Assembly (NCBI GenBank): GCA_964106915.2
Contig: OZ066915.1
Direction: 5' to 3' (one strand)
Length of the DNA stretch: 64,000 nucleotides
Source: Podarcis gaigeae
Taxonomy: Eukaryota
Shown piece by piece: positions 1 through 11,690 of the stretch; position 1 is the first letter of the stretch, and every line of letters begins with the position of its first letter. The notes beneath the pieces were generated by a model. The model did no database searches and was not told the DNA's origin. It was given only the letters and a program-made list of their open reading frames with translations. Position numbers and translations under genes: made by a program.

Positions 1-1396
1 TGCTGGAAACTCATTGAGAAAGAAAGGGAACGAAGTTCTGTGTCATCATGCCCTCTGTCCTCACTCTTCTCTTTATCATCTGGGTCTGATAATATAAGGA
101 CAGAGTGTTTGGTGGCATGAGGGAGTGAAATTATATGCAGCACCCCTTGAGGTTTATAGCATAATCATTCCAATTCTCATATCAATATGGCGTAGGGTAG
201 AGTAAGATCAAAGCCAGACTTGATTGTGTCATGTGTTGTGTAACATATCCATGGTTCCCCCCGCCCTTGATTTTTCAGAGCAATTTTAACTGGCCTACTC
301 AAATTTGTGCTGTTGTTTTCATTCTGATTATATTGTGGTTGTTGCCTTAATGCACCGACTAGTCTAATGTTATCAGTTGCTTTCAAAGTTTGAATTATGC
401 ACTTTCATATTGTCATTGCATGATGGCTTAATTAGTGCTTGCTGTCATGCAATAACATATTCCTGAGAGCCAGAATATAAAATGAAAATGAAATAGATAC
501 GCAACAGTAGGTGAATGAGCTTGACCCTAACAATTCATTCAGCCTCTTTTCACTGGAAGTCTAACAGATGCTTCTGCAAAAAGCACACAAGAAGCAACAT
601 GATAACTAATAAATGACCCATTCATTCCTTTCATTCCAGTGCATTCTGGGACTCAGAAAGTCCCCACCACATAGCACCCTTTAAAGGTTATTTTCAAAGG
701 CAAGGCAGGTATTCTGAAGACAGAGTCAGGACAACTAGTTGAACTGGCTCAGCTGCAATGTCAGTAACTTTCTATGCACACTGGGCAGAAACCGTTGTAA
801 ACAGTACTGGTTTGGCAGGACCTGAGCTAAAATAAGTCTCGGGGTGCTACAAATAAACCCTCTAGGGCATCCACTGAGTACAACAGTGAAAGGTACAGAG
901 AGAAGGGTGAAAGAATTCCAGAATTCTTGGTGGCTCATTGCTTGTTTTTATTTCTCTCAGGCAAAGATCAAGAAATGTTTGTAGCTGGGATAGGACAGTG
1001 GAGAAGTCTTTTGATGGCTGGCAGGCATGGCATGATGTGGAAGCATCAGGATCACAAGAAAGTATGCCAGCAAAACTTCAGGTAGAGACTGAACCTGCCT
1101 GAAGTGGTGATGGCATCAGCAGCAGAGTACCTTTGAATGTCATTCTAGCTAGCCGCCAAGAACCCCAGTGGTACTGCAATAGTTTGCAAAAATAGTTCAG
1201 ATGTTCCTTCACACAAATACGAAGACTTGCCATCAAGCATTATTGTGTGCCCTTACCTGCTACTGCCCAGGATGCTTTGTACATCTGGACAGGACATCAC
1301 AGAAGCTGGTAGGTCCAATGGCTGTGGGAAAGTTCTGAAATGAAGATCATGAGAGAAGATGTTCAGACATCAATGCTATGGGTGAACTCTGGCTAG

Positions 1397-1727
1397 TAAA
1401 GGTAAAGGTAAAGGGACCCCTGACCATTAGGTCCAGTCGTGGCCAACTCTGGGGTTGCGGCGCTCATCTCGCTTTATTGGGTCATGTGGCCAGCATGACT
1501 AAACCGCTTCTGGCGAACCAGAGCAGCACACGGAAACGCCGTTTACCTTCCCGTCAGAGCGGTACCTACTTATCTACTTGCACTTTGACGTGCTTTTGAA
1601 CTGCTAGGTTGGCAGGAGCAGGGACTGAGCAACGAGAGCTCACCCCGTTGTGGGGATTTGAACCACCAACCTTCTGATCAGCAAGTCCTAGGCTCTGTGG
1701 TTTAACCCACAGCGCCACCCACTTCCC
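1397..1727 (-). mobile_element. Sauria (POM/Squam1-type) SINE
   Basis: ACCTTT-repeat tail and tRNA-like head; TSD GTGAACTCT(G/T)GCTA at 1382 and 1729. Confidence 0.9.
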
Positions 1728-2252
1728 TGTGAACTCTTGCTATCATGAGCTAAAATGCAATATAGCAAAGATAAATGTTTTCAGCTTCAAATATCATCAT
1801 GTAAATAGAGACAAGGTGCGGGCAAGGACATGGGTATGGATGGTAGGCAGGCAAAGAGTGCTATAGTAAAAGTATAAATGCTCTGCTGGATCAGGTTAAA
1901 GGCCTATTTAATACTGTGTTCTGTTACCACAGTGGCCAACCAGATGCCTGTGGAAAACCCACAAGTAGGGAGGGAGGATAAATTCAATTCAGTAGCCATT
2001 TAAAGCTGAATCTACCTTGTTTCAAAATTTGCACTTCTGTAAATTTTGCAATGCAGCTCTCCAACCAAGCAATGTTCACAAAATCAGATATTAGGGGAAA
2101 GTGTGCATAAAAATGAATACATTTGTAAAAAATAACTTAGACATTATTTATATTAGGAAAGGTTGCTTGCAAAAATGTGTACATTAGGAAAAGTTGCACA
2201 TAAAAATTATTTATTAGGAGAAATTTAAGCTAAAATGCTGGTGAATATTCAT

Positions 2253-2253
<1 letters not shown>

Positions 2254-2290
<37 letters not shown>
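2254..2290. repeat. (GT)n microsatellite
   Basis: Direct observation. Confidence 0.95.
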
Positions 2291-2292
<2 letters not shown>

Positions 2293-3485
2293 TAGTTCAA
2301 ATGGCTGCAAAATGTGGAGAACTGAATTCAAGAATGGAAAAATGAGAAATGAAAACCAAAATTGGAAGATCCTTAAACACAAGACATGAACACAATAATA
2401 TTCTCCCACAACAATATTCTCTCACTAAAATTCTCAGCAAGGTTTATTTCAGTAGGCCTACTCTGAATGGTTGGATTCAACTATTTTTTTTGTTTGGTTG
2501 GTTTATTTGTGATGCAACACTTTTTCAGAATTGGTCTATTCTTTCTACAGCATTACAAAGCTGTGTTAGGAGGTCCCCTCCTTAGCTTTGGTATTTCCAT
2601 AAATATTGACACTCTCTTAACTGCTTTGTTCTTCCTTATGTCAGGCAGTGCACACACACAAAAATAATACCGTACTTCTTATTTATTCCATGATTCCTTT
2701 CTCAAACAGGCTTTTCTGTGTTATTTTGAATGCATATAGCAACCAGCAATGTATGACCAGAGTCACAGGGGCACCTAATGTTTATTTTATTGGCCGAGCT
2801 CTTTAGTATGTGATCAAACATGCCTTTCAGTCTGGTTGTCAAAAGAAAGAAAAGACTTACAGCTGAGAAGTTTGTGTGTGTGTTTGTGTGTGTGTGTGAA
2901 GATACTATACAAAGTACTGGGAGTGAGCCAATAGGAATGCTCTGAGTATAATAGGCACAATTCATCCAAATTTAAATGGATTTCTTTCAATGGAAGAGAT
3001 TTAAACACATTCTTAATGGGGTATGAAAGCATCTAACAACTTAGGCTATTAGAGAGTCTGGGAATGGGAGCTTTTCCATGCTGTAACAATATGTGACAAT
3101 CTGGACTTTTTACATGGTTAATTCCTGTAGATCATGACATCAGAGCAGTTGGCATAACTTGATATAAAAGGAGATCCCATTTATGAACTATCCTTACCCT
3201 GGTACTTAATCCTTACTTCAAACGTGACCTGGGAGGTATGAGTAAATATTCTGACTTCCCAGTACTTACTGTAAAGACCAGCACATTAATCCTGTGTTGC
3301 CAGCAAAGATTAATTATCACCTCCTACAAGAAAGAATTGGGTTCTGCATAGACAATGACATCTTCCTCCAAAGGTAAGGTAAATGATTCAGGAAACCAAT
3401 TAGTCATCTTTAACTAAGGTCATGTCCCTTCAACTTCAAACTTAGCAAAGTAAATGGAATAAAAGACAGGAACTTGTAGGAAATC

Positions 3486-4063
3486 CCATATTTTTCGCCC
3501 TATAGGACGCACTTTTTCCCCTCCAAAAATGAAGGGGAAATGTGTGTGCGTCCTATGGGGCGAATGCAGGCTTTCGCTGAAGCCTGGAGAGCGAGAGGGG
3601 TCTGTGTGCACTGACCCCTCTCCCTCTCCAGGCTTCAGGAAGCTATCCGCAAGCCGTGGGAGCCCGCGAGAGTCCCCCCCGGGCTCCCCCGGCTTGCGCA
3701 GTGCTGCCTTTTATCCCAAAGTCCCGGCGCGCTGAGCAGTCGCACCGGGGCTTCGGGTAGCTCTGCGCAAGCCGCGTGAGAGCTCCCCCGGCTTGCGCAG
3801 CGCTGCCTCTTATCCTGAAGCCCTGGCACGCTCAGCAGTCGCGCTGGGGCTTCGGGTAGCTCTGCGCAAGCCGCGGGAGGGCTCCCACAGCTTGCGGAGA
3901 GTAGCCTGTTCTGGGGGCTGGGGTTGGGGTTGGGGGAAGCTCGGGCTTCCCCCGCCCCAGCCTCGCGCCTTGGGGGGGAAATAATATTTTTTTTCTTTAT
4001 TTCCCCCCAAAAAAACTAGGTGCGCCTTATGGGCCGGTGCGCCCTATGGGGTGAAAAATACGG
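3486..4063. mobile_element. Tc1/mariner (Tc2-like) MITE with internal ~99 bp GC-rich duplication
   Basis: TIRs CC(G/A)TATTTTTCGCCC / GGGTGAAAAATACGG; duplicated GCTCCCCCGGCTTGCGCAG at 3683 and 3782. Confidence 0.75.
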
Positions 4064-4336
4064 TAAATAATAGTACAAAGGAATAAAACTCTAATAAGAC
4101 TCAAACATTCAGAAAGACCCGTTCCCTCTCCATAGAGAATAATTGACCCCCAAACTCCAAATTTTCAACAGTTGGGTAGCTTACAAACTCCAATAGGACT
4201 CCATCTTTGCTCCTCAACTTTCTTGAGGATGAGCCCTTACTGAACATGGACCAAAGGAATGGGAGAGATCTTTCTGTTGTCTGGCAGGTGTTTGCCTGCA
4301 TATATTCTTGAAAGTAATATACAAAAATGTACTATA

Positions 4337-4577
4337 CAGTGGTACCTCCGGTTACGAACTTAATTCGTTTTGGAGGTCCGTTCTTAAGCTGAAACCATTC
4401 TTAACCTGAGGCATACTTTTTCTAATGGGGCCTCCTGCTGCGCATGTGCCTCTGGTACACAACCTCTGCTCACATCTCAGGGCAAAGTTCGCTTCCAGGA
4501 GACCTATTTTCGGGTTAGCGGAGCTTGTTACCTGAAGTGTTCGCAAGGAGGACGGTACATAACCAGAGGTTCCACTG
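4337..4577. mobile_element. Tigger/pogo-like MITE
   Basis: CAGTGGTACCTC.GGTTA TIRs, TA TSD; same family at 8472 and 42365. Confidence 0.8.
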
Positions 4578-6360
4578 TATTAAGGAAGATAGCATCTTTC
4601 TGGCTCCATCGCATTGTGCATTTGCCTTATGGGTTGCCATTCTTGCTTTAATGCCTCACTAACTCTAGGCAGACCCTCCCTTTTCAAAGATTTGCCCTGC
4701 CTAAAAAAAACAAAGCAAAGGCACAGATGTTTGTGGAAGCAGAAAAAGAATATTAGATGTGCTCTACAAGTTATTCCTCAGTCTCAGTGCCTCAGAAGCT
4801 AAGCCTTCTTGCCTGTGTTCAAAGTCATAGGCATAATCTCACCTCCTGCTGAACCAGGTGGCACACAGCTTATTCCTAGGGGCAAAACATCAACTAATCA
4901 ACACCACACCCGCCTTTGGAGCCACAGCAGGTTATCAAGCCAGCCAAAGACATGGAAGGAAGCACTGGCATTTGCTACAACACAAAGATGGAGGTCTCCA
5001 CGTCTCTTTTCAATTCCTATTCCTATTCCCATTCCAACTCAGGAGCAGAATCCCTTTTTGTAAAGCCGCAACATCAGGAGAGATCTCTCTCCTGCCTGTT
5101 GAATTCCTTACGGAATTCAGGCTTCACACAGGTATTGGTGAGGTAACTCCAATATTAACAGGGCTGCATACAGCTCAGTGGCAGGGATCTCAATGCAGGC
5201 CTGCAGCAGGCTTTATTACACGCAGAGAGGAGAGATGGAGGCTAGGCTGTGCTCAAAGAGATCGCACACAGCTAAGCCACAGTATCTGAATAAGACACTG
5301 TTTGGAAGACTGGCAGAAGCTTTACAGAGTTAGACTAACCTCCACCACCGCTCTCTTGCATATGCTTATGTGAGGGGCATGCAAAGACTCTGGATTGTCA
5401 CTACACTACAATGTACACCTGTAAACAAATTATACAGTGGGTGAGAATACTTTCACAACACTCATTACTGAGGCAAAGGTTTTACTTGGGCTTCTCTTTC
5501 AGGCCTGGATGAATATGACAATGGAGAAAATGTAACACACACACGAGTTGTTGTATGTCAAATAAATGAGAAGAATGTACTTTGGCATTTTCACCTAACA
5601 GCCTTTATCCTGAATTGCCCTCCAAAATATCCAGAGAAGGGAGAAGTTATTTACGTAATATTTTTAATGTTTAAAGGGCAACACAGAGTGAGAGTCGTTA
5701 TTGGACAAGTCATGCAAAACAGGATGACCAGTTATGATGCATTCCAGCTGTGGCTGTAAATATTTTCAGCTTGAAGAAAACATGTCTTACTTTACAATGA
5801 TACGCAAATGGGGCTAAGGACTGATAACATAACCACTTTTTCAGCTCTGTCTCAACTTGCTGGACTTCAGCATTCTGACTTATTTTAATTGATGCTTTGT
5901 TAAATTCTTTTTTTTTCTTCAAGCAGCAAATATTCCAGCACCGTTTCTACAGTTGCTCCATGCCATATTAAATTATACTTCATCTTTACTGCTGTAGTCG
6001 TGGTTTTTAACTCATGAATTTTGAGAGCTAGAAATCCTTGACTCACTGCTCTTGGATCACTACGGTCTTCCGTACTGCACAAAATACTTTGCAAGACATT
6101 GGAGGGGCGGGGGTTTGGAAATGTGTATGCAGTGACCAAATGGTTAGGACATAACTCCCATTCCTGAATGCTGACTCAGTTTCAAGCTGGGTGGCCAATG
6201 GCCAGCCTATCTGTAGACGTAGGCATGTCTGGCAATTTTGGTTTCACTCAGTTTTTGAGATTTCCAATCTTGCCACTTTTCTTGCCACCAGTTAGAAATG
6301 GTTTGGAAAGTTTTCATGAAAATCCACCAATATTTTATTTATATATTTAAAAGCATTTTA

Positions 6361-6730
6361 AAAAGGTAATGGTAAAGGACCCCTGTCAGTTAAGTCCAGT
6401 CACAAACGACTCTGGGGTTGCAGCGCTCATCTCACTTTACTGGCTGAGGGAGCTGACGTTTGTCTGCAGACAGTTTTTCCGGGGCATGTGGCCAGCATGA
6501 CTAAGCCGCTTCTGGCGAAACCAGAGCAGTGCACGGAAATGCCGTTTACCTTCCCACCCGAGTGATACCTGTTTATCAACTTGCATTATGATGTGCTTTC
6601 AAACTGCTAGGTTGGCAGGAGCTGGGACCGAACAATGGGAGCTCACCCCGTCGCGGGGATTCAAACCGCCAACCTTCTGGTCAGCAAGCCCAAGGCTCAG
6701 TGGTTTACACCACAGCGCCACCTGCATCCC
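6361..6730 (-). mobile_element. Sauria SINE
   Basis: Same family sequence; flanking AAAAGCATTT duplication. Confidence 0.9.
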
Positions 6731-8471
6731 TTAAAAAGCATTTATATACCACTTAATATTTCAAAAATCTCTAAGTACAGCCTATTTCCTGCTTTATAGT
6801 ATTAAAACAAAAGCAACTTAAAGCCAGTGAAACATCAACCAAAACACACAACGCATATAAAAGTGAATAAAACAGCCACTACCAGGTCACTTGCCTGATC
6901 TAAGGTGGGTTACATCTTAGCACTACCACCATAAGAATATATGATAAACAAAATTAATAGAGTCCCCAATTGCATGTTTGAGTTAAAGGTGAGTCCGAAT
7001 CTGAAAGCACTGAAGACTGCTGCACTAGACCATATCCTCTCTGCCACATACCCCACCACCAGAAACTCAGGATGCATTTTTACTTGTGCTGATTTTCAAC
7101 ATGAATATTTTAAGAATGAGTGCTGCTGTCTTATGCCTCTCAGGAGAGAGAGAAAATAGCACAGAGAGACACTTTGCATTAAGAATAATGTTTGCAACGG
7201 GGAGAAGAGGAAAGCTATATCCAAACAGATTTGTCGGATGAAATTTAAGTAGCAGAATTAGAACCTGCTGTTCAAGTTTTAAATCTTCCTTTGTCTGCAT
7301 ATCCAAAGAACAGACAAAAGAGCTCCATTTCAGTTCTGCAGAAGCAGAGAAAGAAATAAGTTGTTGATTTGAACAAATTCCATGTATACAGAATTGTATG
7401 GAAGTCTCCAGAACAGCCTTCCCCATCCTGGTGCCCTCTCCACAAGACACACCTGACCATGAGACGCACCTAGTTTTTAGAGGAGGGAAACAAGAAAAAA
7501 AAATATTCTGAACAAAACAGTGGATGTATGATTTTTGTGGTTCATGCTGTGGCCATAGACATGTGATTTGACGGTGAGTTTGGGGTAGTCTTGGGAGTGT
7601 TCCCTTGATTTACACATACCTTCAGCCGAAAATGTTATTCTGTTGGGCTCCAAAGCTGCCATTTACTTTCCCCCAATTTTTATGGTTATTGTTTTTATCA
7701 TTGCATATGGGTTTGATGTTTTTATTGTGTTTTATTATGTATTGTGGTGGTTTTTTAATTGAGCCCTGCCTCGGAATTACATTGTAATGAAAAGCATGTC
7801 AGAAATGCCTTATATCTTTGAGTGGATATTTTGAATAATTTTTCTACTTTTGCTGACAGACAAAGAATCAGAAGTTTTCTTCTCACTCTCATTGTCATTT
7901 CTCTCTCTTTCCCTTTCTCCCTGTTTGTGTTTTTATTTAGATTAGCTTCTTTTACCTTTGATATTCTAAAAATATACTGGGTATTTGATACTAACTTTCA
8001 TATCTTTTTTTCAAACTTTAATAAAATCTATGGGTGTGGAAAATGCTTTAAATACATCAATAAGAAAGCATACTGAAGACATCGGGTTGAGAAAGACTGC
8101 TGACCTGGGAGCTTCCTTGATGTCTGGGATCTGTGTTTTAACCACTAAACCAGAAGTATTGAAGAGTTCTCACTCCCAAACCAGAAATAACATGGAACAT
8201 TCATGGATTTGACACCCTGAAAGAGCACATGGCAAATATAACATGTAACTTCTTCCATGGAGATGGGATTCTTTATCCCTAAGAGACGTAACACATGAAT
8301 CAGATTATAGTTAGGGCCATATGTAGTCTTTGCTATATATTTTTTAATCTGCTCTCAGGGAATCTGAACATTGCAGCAAGCAACTAATTTCGGCAACATG
8401 ATTAAACTACACAAATTATGCACAGTCCCTGTCGTTTTGCTGTTGTTGCATACTTTGTTTTGAAATGTTTA

Positions 8472-8713
8472 CAGTGGTACCTCAGGTTACATACGCTTCA
8501 GGTTACATACGCTTCAGGTTACAGACTCCGTTAACCCAGAAATAGTACCTCGGGTTAAGAACTTTGCTTCAGGATGAAAACAGAAATTGTGCAGCGGCGG
8601 TGCAGCGGTAGCAGGAGGCCCCATTAGCTAAAGTGGTACCTCGGGTTAAGAACAGTTTCAGGTTAAGAACAGACCTCCAGAACGAATTAAGTTCTTAACC
8701 CGAGGTACCACTG
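8472..8713. mobile_element. Tigger/pogo-like MITE
   Basis: CAGTGGTACCTC TIRs, TA TSD. Confidence 0.82.
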
Positions 8714-9970
8714 TACTAATTTGCATAATTTATCCTGCTTTTGCTAGGCATTGCAAACATATCAAGAGTTCAAAAGTCCTTTTAAAAAGAAGGAAAGTCA
8801 AGAAATGCCAGAAAACAATAATCAGGAATCTGAATGCTATGCTCCGTAACTACATTCCCTGCTCCTAAGACACCACAGCATGCAAATTCTGCTCCTCCAT
8901 GTGTCACAAAAGCAGAAAGCTGAGAGTTAACCAGAGTGCATAATATGAGAGGTGTCTTGAGACTCGGAAATCAGTTTAGTAACAAGCCCTGATGGCTCAT
9001 GAGTAGATCTATATATTAAATAAGACTAGCCAAGGACATTAGATGTGGGGAAGATTTCATCCTCTCCTGAACACTAGGATAGAAAAAACTATCCCTCCAA
9101 ATACAAAGACATTGATATTCCTTATATAAGGATTCTTGTGTCTTCCCAAGCTAGGAATCCATGTGTGACTGTGGTAAAGCTTGTAAACTCATAAAGTCAT
9201 AACATCTCATAACAAAATCAAGGAGGCCAGAGGCTTTCTCAGACTTTCCGCTGGGTGTCCCATTTGCAGTGTGCATTGTTTGTTAAGTTCACGAGAGCTT
9301 GAAATGGCAAGGGAGGGCCTGGGAAAGGAAAATTCAAACCAGTTCCACTGTACCTCACCCCTATGCTTTTGTTCGGCATTGCAAAGAGGAAAAGAACACA
9401 TGGGCCTGAAACCTAGACAGGGATGGGCAGAGAGCACTCTGAAAGTCCACCATGCCTCCCATGAATACCCAGACCAAAGACTTGCACACGAAGGTAGTGA
9501 TGGAAATGGGTGTCCCTCTCCCTAACTTGGCCAGAATTCCTTTAAGTGAGGCAAACACTTGGGAGACATGGGGATAGAAAGGAATACGCAAGAGGCGAAT
9601 GTTACCAAGAAAGCATGAAGATGATGTTAATACTTACCAACACCCCAACCTTTGTACACATTAGATCTCCGATCTTAAGCAGCAATCGCCAGCGCTGGCT
9701 CTACTTCCTCAAAGTACAGGCGTGGGAGTGGCAGAGAACAGCAGTATTGAACTTTCACTGATTTTCTTTATAATCTGTATCAGCCTGGCACATGAAGGTA
9801 ACTGAACAGCATCAGAAATATGTGAGGAGTGGCTGTGGCTCAGTAGTAAAGCACTTGCCTGCTTATCTGCCTATTAATGTCTGCTCATTTGCCTTTTCTT
9901 TGCTATTATCCACAGTCATCTTAGTAAGTCCAAAGGAGAAGGAATATTTTTTTGGGGGGGGGGAAGTAGT

Positions 9971-10198
9971 AGAAGAGGAGGAGTTTGGATTTGATATCCT
10001 GCTTTATCACTACCCGAAGGAGTCTCAGAGCAGCTAACAACCTCCTTTCCCTTCCTCCCCCACAACAAATACTCTGTGAGGTGAGTGGGGCTGAGACTTG
10101 AGAGAAGTTGTGACTAGCCCACAACTTCGCGGAGACGCGAACCTGGTTTCCCAGATTACGAGTCTACTGCTCTTAACCACTACACCACACTGGCTCTC
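9971..10198 (-). mobile_element. Squam3-like tRNA-derived SINE
   Basis: GAGAGCCAGTGTGGTGTAGTGGTTAAGAG head, CTT/CTC tail; same family at 45608 and 54886. Confidence 0.75.
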
Positions 10199-10459
10199 AG
10201 TACCCATTTTTATCTTACTTTGTGGAATCAGTGGAGTGGGCCTAGCTAGCCATCAAGCCCAACCCCTGCTCAGTGCAAAACCAAAACCCCAGAGCTAAAG
10301 CATCTCCAACAGATTCTAGGCCAGGGGCCAACAACATGGTGTCCTTGACGTGTTGATGGACTCCCAACTCCCATCAGCCTCAGCCAACATGGCCGATGAT
10401 CCCACACCCTTCTCGGGCAAGGTGTTTGAACATTTGGAAGCTGTACAAGTCCAGGCTCT

Positions 10460-11690
10460 CTTGGGAGAGGTGGATTATTTGGATCTATTCCAGGCTTCCT
10501 TCTCGTCCCTTGGTCACTCTCATGGATGACTTCTGCTGGGAGACTGGCAGAAGGAATGTCACCCTGTTGTTTCTCCTGTACCTCAGCAGCTTTTGATACC
10601 ACTGATCTCCTGGATAGGCTTTGCAGAAATGAGGCACCACTTCTAGAAGATCCTGTTCCTACCTGGAAGACCCCTTGGCTTTTGTGATATGGCATTTCAT
10701 AGTGCTCTATCTTGTTTCCCTACACTAGTTAACTATCAGAAGATTCACAAAACTGCTGAGTGAAGTCAACCAGGGATTCGGAGTGCTGTGCTTTCAGTAT
10801 GCTGATAACATCTAACTCTACTACTAATTTAATCTAATCCAGGTAAAGCTGCCAAAATACTAAATGGAAGTCTGAGGCCAGTGAGAATCTGAAGCTCAAT
10901 TTGATGGTTCAGAGCTGGTTTGTCTGACCTGGACAGCAGTGTTCAGCCAGAATAGAATTAATCTGGCCCCGAAGGCTCAACATTGCATTTCTGGGGGCAA
11001 TGATTGATTCAGGTTTATCACAGGAAGTCCAAATGGCTTCCATGGCAAGTAGCACCTTCCACCAACTGAGACTGGTCAAGTGTCACATGAAACTCCCTCC
11101 AAGACAGCGAGCCTCTCCAGGCTTTGGTAACATCCAGATTTCATTATATCAACGTCTTTGAATGGAGACTTCAGTTATCCCAGAATGAAGGGTTGAATTC
11201 AAAAAGGTCATTGCATGAGAGAAGCAACTTCCACCCCTTTAAAAAATATGCTTCGAAGGTTTGAGGAACCCCCAGAGCAGATGTGGGGTGGGGAGCAGAG
11301 GAAGACTGACAGCACCAGCAGTCGTTCTGCTCTGGCAATAACCATTATAAACAACCCACAGTTGTTTGAATACTGGTGGAGAATAAGGCAAGTGTCATAA
11401 GGTCAAAAGAGCCACACTGGTTGTCAGTCTATTTCTAGGCATAATTCAACTCCATGATGAATTTCAAAGCCTTTATATGGCTTAGGACCTGGGCATCTCA
11501 AAACCACCTCCTCCCATGTTTCTGCCTACCTATTCATGTAATTATTAGAGGCCCTTCTCTACGTGCCCCTGCCTTTTCAGTTGTGGCACCCCATTTATAG
11601 AATGCTTTGCCCAGGGAGGTAACAACATGGCACTGACAGATCTTGCAAGCAGCAGATGAAGGCCTTTTTATTTCCTGTTTACAGCAGATT
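10460..11690 (+). mobile_element. Old degraded L2-clade LINE fragment
   Basis: Decayed RT motifs (LVTLMDD, LS..AFDT, cagtatgctgataac=QYAD, cactgg=HW, gccttttcagttgtggcaccc=AFSVVAP) parallel to the 52951 copy. Confidence 0.65.

Noticed and set aside
160-180. Two in-frame TGA codons as possible selenocysteine read-through
   Set aside because: At least one aligns to Arg in ERIC (CpG decay); TAA/TAG stops occur in the same frame; no SECIS seen.
5007-5024. RNA-editing rescue of the FAS-like relic: A-to-G changes would turn RNRN*K into RDGNWG, the FASN RDGxWG motif
   Set aside because: Other stops align to Arg/Gln (CGA>TGA, CAG>TAG), real frameshifts exist (22-bp duplication, A-run near 5910), and catalytic motifs cannot be restored by A-to-I. 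Ordinary G>A/C>T decay explains the pattern.
4858-5289. 143-aa plus-strand ORF
   Set aside because: No recognisable homology; it is the antisense shadow of a FAS-like relic exon.
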